The notes beneath the pieces were generated by a model that had not been told where the DNA came from, ran no database searches, and saw only the letters and a program-made list of their open reading frames with translations. DNA of 64,000 nucleotides from the human T2T-CHM13v2.0 reference genome, Homo sapiens. This document shows positions 36,847 through 47,790 of the stretch, piece by piece (positions within the stretch are counted from its first letter, which is position 1; each line of letters starts with the position of its first letter). A program made the translations under genes and the position numbers. The stretch lies in NCBI RefSeq assembly GCF_009914755.1, contig NC_060937.1; one strand, given 5' to 3'.

Positions 36847-39800
36847 TTTTTTTTTTTTTTAAGCGCAACGCAACATGTCTGCCTTATTTGAGTGGCTTCC
36901 TATATCATTATAATTGTGTTATAGATGAAGAAACGGTATTAAACACTGTGCTAATGATAGTGAAAGTGAAGACAAAAGAAAGGCTATCTATTTTGTGGTT
37001 AGAATAAAGTTGCTCAGTATTTAGAGCTACCTAAATACGTCAGCATTTACACTCTTCCTAGTAAAAGCTGGCCAATCTGAATAATCCTCCTTTAAACAAA
37101 CACAATTTTTGATAGGGTTAAGATTTTTTTAAGAATGCGACTCCTGCAAAATAGCTGAACAGACGATACACATTTAAAAAAATAACAACACAAGGATCAA
37201 CCAGACTTGGGAAAAAATCGAAAACCACACAAGTCTTATGAAGAACTGAGTTCTTAAAATAGGACGGAGAACGTAGCTATCGGAAGAGAAGGCAGTATTG
37301 GCAAGTTGATTGTTACGTTGGTCAGCAGTAGCTGGCACTATCTTTTTGGCCATCTTTCGGGCAATGTAACTACTACAGCAAAATGAGATATGATCCATTA
37401 AACAACATATTCGCAAATCAAAAAGTGTTTCAGTAATATAATGCTTCAGATTTAGAAGCAAATCAAATGATAGAACTCCACTGCTGTAATAAGTCACCCC
37501 AAAGATCACCGTATCTGACAAAATAACTACCACAGGGTTATGACTTCAGAATCATACTTTCTCTTGATATTTACTTATGTATGTATTTATTTTTTTTAAT
37601 TTATTTCTCTTGAGACGGCGTCTCGCTCTGTCGCCCAGGCTGGAGTGCGATGGTGTGATCTCGGCTCACTGCAACCGCCACCTCCCTGGGTTCAAGCGAT
37701 TCTCCTGCCTCAGCCTCCCGAGTAGCTGGGACTACAGGTGCCCGCCACCACGCCCAGCTAATCTTTATACTTTTAATAGAGACGGGGTTTCACCGTGTCG
37801 GCCCGGATGGTCTCGATCTCTTGACCTCGTGACCCGCCCGCCTCGGCCTCCCAAAGTGCTGGGATGACAGGCGTGAGCCACTGAGCCCGGCCTTCTCTTG
37901 ACGTTTAAACTATGAAGTCAGTCCAGAGAAACGCAATAAATGTCAACGGTGAGGATGGTGTTGAGGCAGAAGTAGGACCACACTTTTTCCTATCTTATTC
38001 AGTTGATAACAATATGACCTAGGTAGTAATTTCCTATGTGCCTACTTATACACGAGTACAAAAGAGTAAAACAGAGAGACTGCTAAATTAAAGGGTACGT
38101 GAAGTTCTTCATAGTAACTCCGTAAACTGGAACACTGTCAAAAAGCAGCAGCTAGTGAATTGTTTCCATGTATTTTTCTATGATCCAATAAGTGAACTAT
38201 GCTATTCCTTTCCAGTCTCCCAAGCACTTCTTGTCCCCATCACCACTTCGGTGCTCGAAGAAAAAGTAACAAATCAAGGAACACAACTAAAGAAACACAC
38301 ACACAAACCAAAGACAACTACAGCGTCTGCAAAAGTTTGCTAGAAGACTGAAACTGTTGAGTATAAGGATCTGGTATTCTACGATGATCATGAGTTCACT
38401 TCAGAGTTTGTTCAAGACATACGTTTCGTAAGGAAACATCTTAGTTAGAAGTTATTCAGCAGTAGGTACCATCCCTAAGTATTTTTCACCAAATTCGTGA
38501 CAATAAAGAGCTATCTAACCAGAAAAATTAGCGAGTACCGGCACCATCCATAGGGCTTTGTCTTTACGCTTCATTAGCACTTACCATGCCTTACAATGTC
38601 TAGGATTGACCCTGATAGCATTTCGAAAACAAGCTAATGCTTTGTCCAGTTCTTCAGTGAAGACAAGCTCACGCCCTAATGCGCTATAGGCATAAGCATC
38701 ATTTGGATCCACTTCGAGAGTTCTCTGGAAGAATTGAATCGCAATATCGTGTTCCCGTTGCAGACCGAAACAGTTCCCTGCAGCACACCAGGCCTCTGGC
38801 TGGCGAATTTTTATCCATGTCTGTGAAGTCTTTGGACAGAACTGAAAGAGCAACCTCTTTCGGAGGATGCCAAAGTGTTGTAGAGTAGATCTCCATGCCT
38901 TCGACTCTGTAATTCTCAATCCTCCTAACCTCTGAGAATTGTCTTTCAGCTTGCGTGGACTCTGAAAGTTTACAATAGGCCCTTCCGATTTGGCACAGTA
39001 CCCAACCGGTATTGCGGTGGTGAGAAGCTAGATGGCTCAAGATGCTGATAGCTTCTTTGCCGTGGTAAGAACACAAAGCTAAATAACCTTTCCCCCTTTC
39101 ACGAAGAAGGCTCATCAAGCCTTCCGCTGCTGCTTTTTGTAGATTAAAAGCCTGAATCTGAGGCGCGATTGCGGCTATTTCCCCTTCTGAAATGACGGAA
39201 GAGTCCAATTTTGTCACTTCCAGGCTATCACTTATGTTCGGTGGAGTTATTGCTCCTTTATTAGTTTTACTTTTGGTTCTTCTGTTTGGGATTTTAGGTG
39301 GAAACTTCATTTTTAATTTTCTCCTATTCTCCTCGGTTGTGGAGCTGTCACTAGTCAAGAGTCGTGAATTTCTTCGAGGCGGTGCATTTGGGGGAGATGC
39401 CATAGTGGGGCTCAATACCTGAGGTGTTGCCCTTGTCGGCGGACCAGAACTTTGTGTTTTTGCAAGGACTGGAGTTACCTTTCGGCTCTTTCCCCTCTGC
39501 GAGAAGACAGACGGTGTTCCGGTTTGGCCGATTCTGGCAACAGGCTTTTTTGAAGGGGCTCCGGTGGATGGCACGTCAATGACAGACGGTGTCTCATACC
39601 AGTGCAGTTTTGTCAATAGGGTCCGTCTCCGGGACTTGGGGTTTCTAATGGCAAAATGCCAACACTTGGGGTTAATGGACTAACAGCTGCTGGTCCTCCT
39701 AATAAACTTCGACCAGGTTTTGGTTTATGTTGAACCTGTTTAGATCATATGGAAGTTCCTGTTCCCAGTGGGACAGTATCAGGTGAAAGGACAGCTGAAT

Positions 39801-40649
39801 CGATAGAAGACACTGGGGAGTCTGTATTCAAGGAGTACTTTGAATTGGAAGATTCTAAATTCCATCCGTTTCATTGGACGGTGTCCTGGGGTGTTTCCGT
39901 AAGAACGGTCTCGGGCTGTCTGTGACATAAACTAGGACGAGGTCCAAGTGTTGCGGCGCAACACTTGGACAGGCAGTTGCTAAAGCTCTCTAGAGAGGTG
40001 AATCAAAATGTTTGGTCAGGATCTGGCTTTTCCCCCCTATTTCACATCATGATTCAAAGGGACACCAGAGGAAAGGATTTCAACGAAGGCTCTTTTGGTC
40101 ACATTCTGATCCTTTGGTAAGCCGATCTGTCTTGCAATATACATGTCCCGACGATGGAAGGGGAAAGCGAGCTGAATCACCAAACTCAGGAACGATAATA
40201 TCATCGTGGCTTTTCTGCTTATGAAACACTCCACCCGATAAGATTTGATCCCCTTCTGCAAGCTTGCTGAGATCAACACAACATTTCGCAAGCAGGCATT
40301 TGCATTGCGGGGTAGTACAACTGTGTCCTTTCAAGAGTCTATATGTTTTATAGGCCTTTCCTGAGCGGTAAGAACAGGTCGCCAGTAAGAACAAGGCTTC
40401 TTCTGAGTGTACTTCTGCATAAAGGCGTTCTGCGGGGGAAACCGCATCTCGGTAGGTAGGCATAGTGGTTTAGTGCTTGCCATATAGCAGCCTGGACGGG
40501 TCCCTGCAGCACCGCCATCCTCGAGGCTCAGGCCCACTTTCTGCAGTGCCTCAGGCACCCCCCCCCCCCCCCATAGCGGCTCCGGCCCGGCCAGCCCCGG
40601 CTCATTTAAAGGCACCAGCCGCCGTTACCGGGGGATGGGGGAGTCCGAG
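36847..40649 (-). pseudogene. CDC27P: CDC27 (APC3) processed pseudogene: 5'UTR, ATG at 40518, frameshifted CDS to ~38585, then intron-like 3' extension and poly(A)
   Basis: Translations MAVLQGPVQAAIWQALNHYAY, AERLYAEVHSEEALFLLATC, QAFNLQKAAAEGLMSLLRE, EAWCAAGNCF.LQREHDIAI match CDC27; no introns in the CDS part; frameshifts and stops; TSD-like flanks. Confidence 0.95.
37575..37892 (-). mobile_element. Full-length AluSc-like element with 15-bp TSD, inside the CDC27 retrocopy 3' extension
   Basis: ggatggtctcgatctcttgacctcgtga diagnostic; flanks ttctcttgatattta (37559-37573) and ttctcttgacgttta (37893-37907). Confidence 0.88.
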
Positions 40650-41174
40650 ACAGAATGACTTCTTTATCCTGCTGACTCTGGAAAGCCCGGCGCCTTGTGA
40701 TCCATTGCAAACCGAGAGTCACCTCGTGTTTAGAACACGGATCCACTCCCAAGTTCAGTGGGGGGATGTGAGGGGTGTGGCAGGTAGGACGAAGGACTCT
40801 CTTCCTTCTGATTCGGTCTGCACAGTGGGGCCTAGGGCTGGAGCTCTCTCCGTGCGGACCGCTGACTCCCTCTACCTTGGGTTCCCTCGGCCCCACCCTG
40901 GAACGCCGGGCCTTGGCAGATTCTGGCCCTTCCTGGCCCTTCAGTCGCTGTCAGAAACCCCATCTCATGCTCGGATGCCCCGAGTGACTGTGGCTCGCAC
41001 CTCTCCGGAAACATTGGAAATCTCTCCTCTACGCGCGGCCACCTGAAACCACAGGAGCTCGGGACACACGTGCTTTCGGGAGAGAATGCTGAGAGTCTCT
41101 TGCCGACTCTCTCTTGACTTGAGTTCTTCGTGGGTGCGTGGTTAAGACGTAGTGAGACCAGATGTATTAACTCA

Positions 41175-41335
41175 GGCCGGGTGCTGGTGGCTCACGCCTG
41201 TAACCCCAACACTTTGGGAGGCCGAGGCCGTAGGATCCCTCGAGGAATCGCCTAACCCTGGGGAGGTTGAGGTTGCAGTGAGTGAGCCATAGTTGTGTCA
41301 CTGTGCTCCAGTCTGGGCGAAAGACAGAATGAGGC
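41175..41335 (+). mobile_element. Alu monomer or deleted Alu
   Basis: ggccgggtgctggtggctcacgcctgtaacc...gaggttgcagtgagtgagcc. Confidence 0.82.
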
Positions 41336-41341
41336 CCTGCC

Positions 41342-41373
<32 letters not shown>

Positions 41374-41444
41374 AAAGACAACAGCTGTATTATGTTCTTC
41401 TCAGGGTAGGAAGCAAAAATAACAGAATACAGCACTTAATTAAT

Positions 41445-41742
41445 TTTTTTTTTTCCCTTCGGACGGAGTTTCACTCTTGGTGCCCACGCTGGAGTGCAGT
41501 GGCACCATCTCGGCTCACCGCAACCTCCACCTCCTGCGTTCAAGCGATTCTCCTGCCTCAGCCTCCTGAGTAGCTGGGATTACAGGGAGGAGCCACCACA
41601 CCCGGCTGATTTTGTATTGTTAGTAGAGACGGCATTTCTCCATGTGGGTCAGGCTGGTCTCGAACTGGCGACCCCAGTGGATCTGCCCGCCCCGGCCTCC
41701 CAAAGTGCTGGGGTGACAGGCGTGAGCCATCGTGACTGGCCG
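41445..41742 (-). mobile_element. Full-length AluS-type element
   Basis: gacggagtttcactctt...gcgtgagccatcgtgactggcc. Confidence 0.9.
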
Positions 41743-41788
41743 GCTACGTTTATTTATTTATTTTTTTAATTATTTTACTTTTTTTTAG

Positions 41789-42141
<353 letters not shown>

Positions 42142-42196
42142 TATTTATCTATTTATTAACTTTGAGTCCAGGTTATGAAACCAGTTAGTTTTTGTA

Positions 42197-42325
42197 ATTT
42201 TTTTTTTTTTTTTTTTTTTTTGAGACGAGGTTTCACCGTGTTGCCAAGGCTTGGACCGAGGGATCCACCGGCCCTCGGCCTCCCAAAAGTGCGGGGATGA
42301 CAGGCGCGAGCCTACCGCGCCCGGA
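42197..42325 (-). mobile_element. Alu left-monomer fragment
   Basis: poly-T, gagacgaggtttcaccgtgttgcc...gcgcgagcctaccgcgcccgg. Confidence 0.8.
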
Positions 42326-43139
42326 CCCCCCCTTTCCCCTTCCCCCGCTTGTCTTCCCGACAGACAGTTTCACGGCAGAGCGTTTGGCTGGCGTGCTTAA
42401 ACTCATTCTAAATAGAAATTTGGGACGTCAGCTTCTGGCCTCACGGACTCTGAGCCGAGGAGTCCCCTGGTCTGTCTATCACAGGACCGTACACGTAAGG
42501 AGGAGAAAAATCGTAACGTTCAAAGTCAGTCATTTTGTGATACAGAAATACACGGATTCACCCAAAACACAGAAAGCAGTCTTTTAGAAATGGCCTTAGC
42601 CCTGGTGTCCGTGCCAGTGATTCTTTTCGGTTTGGACCTTGACTGAGAGGATTCCCAGTCGGTCTCTCGTCTCTGGACGGAAGTTCCAGATGATCCGATG
42701 GGTGGGGGACTTAGGCTGCGTCCCCCCAGGAGCCCTGGTCGATTAGTTGTGGGGATCGCCTTGGAGGGCGCGGTGACCCACTGTGCTGTGGGAGCCTCCA
42801 TCCTTCCCCCCACCCCCTCCCCAGGGGATCCCAATTCATTCCGGGCTGACACGCTCACTGGCAGGCGTCGGGCATCACCTAGCGGTCACTGTTACTCTGA
42901 AAACGGAGGCCTCACAGAGGAAGGGAGCACCAGGCCGCCTGCGCACAGCCTGGGGCAACTGTGTCTTCTCCACCGCCCCCGCCCCCACCTCCAAGTTCCT
43001 CCCTCCCTTGTTGCCTAGGAAATCGCCACTTTGACGACCGGGTCTGATTGACCTTTGATCAGGCAAAAACGAACAAACAGATAAATAAATAAAATAACAC
43101 AAAAGTAACTAACTAAATAAAATAAGTCAATACAACCCA

Positions 43140-43263
43140 TTACAATACAATAAGATACGATACGATAGGATGCGATAGGATACGATAGGATACAATACAA
43201 TACGATACGATACAATACAATACAATACAATACAATACAATACAATACAATACAATACAATAC
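43140..43263. repeat. (TACAA/TACGA/TAGGA)n pentanucleotide repeat
   Basis: Direct reading. Confidence 0.92.
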
Positions 43264-44092
<829 letters not shown>

Positions 44093-44364
44093 TTAACTTC
44101 ATTTTATGTTATTATCGTGATTGATGTTTCGAGACGGAGTCTCGGAGGCCCGCCCTCCCTGGTTGCCCAGACAACCCCGGGAGACAGACCCTGGCTGGGC
44201 CCGATTGTTCTTCTCCTTGGTCAGGGGTTTCCTTGTCTTTCTTCGTGTCTTTAACCCGCGTGGACTCTTCCGCTCGGGTTTGACAGATGGCAGCTCCACT
44301 TTAGGCCTTGTTGTTGTTGGGGACTTTCCTGATTCTCCCCAGATGTAGTGAAAGCAGGTAGATT

Positions 44365-44394
44365 TGCCTTGCCTGGACTTGCCTGGCCTTGCCT
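44365..44394 (+). promoter_or_regulatory. RGC (ribosomal gene cluster) p53-binding element
   Basis: tgccttgcct-ggacttgcct-ggccttgcct: three tandem RRRCWWGYYY-like decamers, the classical RGC site. Confidence 0.85.
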
Positions 44395-44482
44395 TTTCTT
44401 TCTTTCTTTCTTTATTACTTTCTCTTTTTCTTCTTCTTCTTCTTCTTCTTCTTCTTCTTCTTCTTCTTCTTCTTCTTCTTCT

Positions 44483-44772
44483 TTTTTTTTTGAGACAGAG
44501 TTTCACTCTTGTTGCCCAGGCTAGAGGGCAATGGTGCGATCTCGGCTCACCGCACCCTCCGCCTCCCAGGTTCAAGCGATTCTCCTGCCTCAGCCTCCTG
44601 ATTAGCTGGGATTACAGGCATGGGCCACCGTGCCTGGCTGATGTTTGTACTTTTAGTAGAGACGGTGTTTTTCCATGTTGGTCAGGCTGGTCTCCCACTC
44701 CCAACCTCAGGTGGTCCGCCTGCCTTAGCCTCCCAAAGTGCTGGGATGACAGGCGTGAGCCACCGCGCCCAG

Positions 44773-44774
<2 letters not shown>
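44483..44774 (-). mobile_element. Full-length AluSp/Sq-like element preceded by (CTT)n
   Basis: gagacagagtttcactcttgttgccc...gagccaccgcgcccagcc. Confidence 0.9.
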
Positions 44775-44819
<45 letters not shown>

Positions 44820-44823
<4 letters not shown>

Positions 44824-45420
44824 CGCTCGCTTGCTTGCTTGCTTTCGTGCTTTCTTGCTTTCCCGTTTTCTTGCTTTCTTTCTTTCTTTCGTTTCTTTCA
44901 TGCTTGCTTTCTTGCTTGCTTGCTTGCTTTCGTGCTTTCTTGCTTTCCTGTTTTCTTTTTCTTTCTTTCTTTCTTTCTTTCTTTTGTTTCTTTCTTGCTT
45001 GCTTTCTTGCTTGCTTGCTTGCTTTCGTGCTTTCTTGCTTTCCTGTTTTCTTTCTTTCTTTCTTTCTTTTGTTTCTTTCTTGCTTGCTTTCTTGCTTGCT
45101 TGCTTTCGTGCTTTCTTGTTTTCTCGCTTTCTTTCTTTCTTTTGTTTCTTTCCTGCTTGCTTTCTTGCTTGATTGCTTTCGTGCTTTCTTGCTTTCTTGT
45201 TTTCTTTCTTTCTTTTGTTTCTTTCTTTCTTGCTTCCTTGTTTTCTTGCTTTCTTGCTTGCTTGCTTTCGTGCTTTCTTGTTTTCTTGCTTTCTTTCTTT
45301 TGTTTCTTTCTTGCTTGCTTTCTTGCTTCCTTGTTTTCTTGCTTTCTTGCTTGCTTGCTTTCGTGCTTTCTTTCTTGCTTTCTTTTCTTTCTTTCTTTTC
45401 TTTTTCTTTCTTTCTTGCTT
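44820..45420 (+). repeat. ~90-bp tandem repeat built from (CTTG)/(CTTT), about 7 units
   Basis: gctttcgtgc anchors near 44841, 44926, 45021, 45102, 45175, 45264, 45357. Confidence 0.85.
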
Positions 45421-45474
45421 TCTTTTCTTTCATTCATTCATTCTTTCTTTCTTTCCTTTCTTTCTTTCTTTCTT

Positions 45475-45509
<35 letters not shown>

Positions 45510-45519
45510 GTTTCGTCCT

Positions 45520-45812
<293 letters not shown>

Positions 45813-46887
45813 TGTTGACTCATTTCGCTTTTTTATTTCTTTCGTTTCCACGCGTTTACTTATATGTATTAATGTAAACGTTTCTGTACGCTTATATGCA
45901 AACAACGACAACGTGTATCTCTGCATTGAATACTCTTGCGTATGGTAAATACGTATCGGTTGTATGGAAATAGACTTCTGTATGATAGATGTAGGTGTTT
46001 GTGTTATACAAATAAATACACATCGCTCTATAAAGAAGGGATCGTCGATAAAGACGTTTATTTTACGTATGAAAAGCGTCGTATGTATGTGTGTAAATGA
46101 ACGAGCGTACGTAGTTATCTCTGTTTTCTTTCTTCCTCTCCTTCGTGTTTTTCTTCCTTCCTTTCTTCCTTTCTCTCCTTCTTTAGGTTTTTCTTCCTCT
46201 CTTCCTTTCCTTCTTTCTCTCTTTCTGTCCTTTTTTCCTTCGTGCTTTATTTCTCTTTCGTTCCCTGTGTTTCCTTCTTTTTTCTTTCCTCTCTGTTTCT
46301 TTTTCCCTTCTTTCCTTCGTTTCTTTCCTCATTCTTTCTCTCTTTTTCGTGTTTCTTTCCTTCCCGTCTGTCTTTTAAAAAATGGAGTGTTTCAGAAGTT
46401 TACTTTGTGTATCTACGTTTTCTAAATTGTCTCTCTTTTCTCCATTTTCTTCCTCCCTCCCTCCCTCCCTCCCTTCCTGCTCCCTTCCCTCCCTCCTTCC
46501 CTTTCGCCATCTGTCTCTTTTCCCCACTCCCCTCCCCCCGTCTGTCTCTGCGTGGATTCCGGAAGAGCCTACGCATTCTGCCTCTCCGTGTGTCTGCAGC
46601 GACCCGCGACCGAGTCCTTGTGTGTTCTTTCTCCCTCCCTCCCTCCCTCCCTCCCTCCCTCCCTGCTTCCGAGAGGCATCTCCAAACACCCACGCGCCGT
46701 GGGTTGTCTTCTGACTCTGTCGCGGTCGAGGCAGAGACGCGTTTTGGGCACCGTTTGTGTGGGGTTGGGGCAGAGGGGCTGCGTTTTCGGCCTCGGGAAG
46801 AGCTTCTCGACTCACGGTTTCGCTTTCGCGGTCCACGGGCCGCCCTGCCAGCCGGATCTGTCTCGCTGACGTCCGCGGCGGTTGTCG

Positions 46888-46906
46888 GGCTCCATCTGGC
46901 GGCCGC
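46888..46906 (-). promoter_or_regulatory. CTCF-like motif about 880 bp upstream of the TSS (enhancer boundary)
   Basis: Reverse complement gcggCCGCCAGATGGAGCc resembles the CTCF core CCRSNAGRKGGCR; position agrees with the reported rDNA CTCF site. Confidence 0.7.
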
Positions 46907-47616
46907 TTTGAGATCGTGCTCTCGGCTTCCGGAGCTGCGGTGGCAGCTGCCGAGGGAGGGGACCGTCCCCGCTGTGAGCTAGGCAGAGCTCCGGAAAGCC
47001 CGCGGTCGTCAGCCCGGCTGGCCCGGTGGCGCCAGAGCTGTGGCGCGTCGCTTGTGAGTCACAGCTCTGGCGTGCAGGTTTATGTGGGGGAGAGGCTGTC
47101 GCTGCGCTTCTGGGCCCGCGGCGGGCGTGGGGCTGCCCGGGCCGGTCGACCAGCGCGCCGTAGCTCCCGAGGCCCGAGCCGCGACCCGCGGGGACCCGCC
47201 GCGCGTGGCGCGGGAGGCTGGGGACGCCCTTCCCGGCCCGGTCGCGGGTCCGCGCTCATCCTGGCCGTCTGAGGCGGCGGCCGAATTCGTTTCCGAGTCC
47301 CCGTGGGGAGCCGGGGACCGTCCCGCCCCCGTCCCCCGGGTGCCGGGGAGCGGTCCCTCTGCCGCGATCCTTTCTGGCGAGTCCCCGTGCGGAGTCGGAG
47401 AGCGCTCCCTGAGCGCGCGTGCGGCCCGAGAGGTCGCGCCTGGCCGGCCTTCGGTCCCTCGTGTGTCCCGGTCGTAGGAGGGGCCGGCCGAAAATGCTTC
47501 CGGCTCCCGCTCTGGAGACACGGGCCGGCCCCCTGCGTGTGGCACGGGCGGCCGGGAGGGCGTCCCCGGCCCGGCGCTGCTCCCGCGTGTGTCCTGGGGT
47601 TGACCAGAGGGCCCCG

Positions 47617-47790
47617 GGCGCTCCGTGTGTGGCTGCGATGGTGGCGTTTTTGGGGACAGGTGTCCGTGTCGCGCGTCGCCTGGGCCGGCGGCGTGGTCGG
47701 TGACGCGACCTCCCGGCCCCGGGGGAGGTATATCTTTCGCTCCGAGTCGGCATTTTGGGCCGCCGGGTTATTGCTGACACGCTGTCCTCT
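47617..47790 (+). promoter_or_regulatory. RNA polymerase I promoter, unit 2 (TSS 47773)
   Basis: Same as 647-820. Confidence 0.93.

Noticed and set aside
38699-39616. 305-aa open CDC27-like frame as a functional gene
   Set aside because: Internal pseudogene fragment with a non-ATG start, upstream frameshifts and stops, and a frameshifted end
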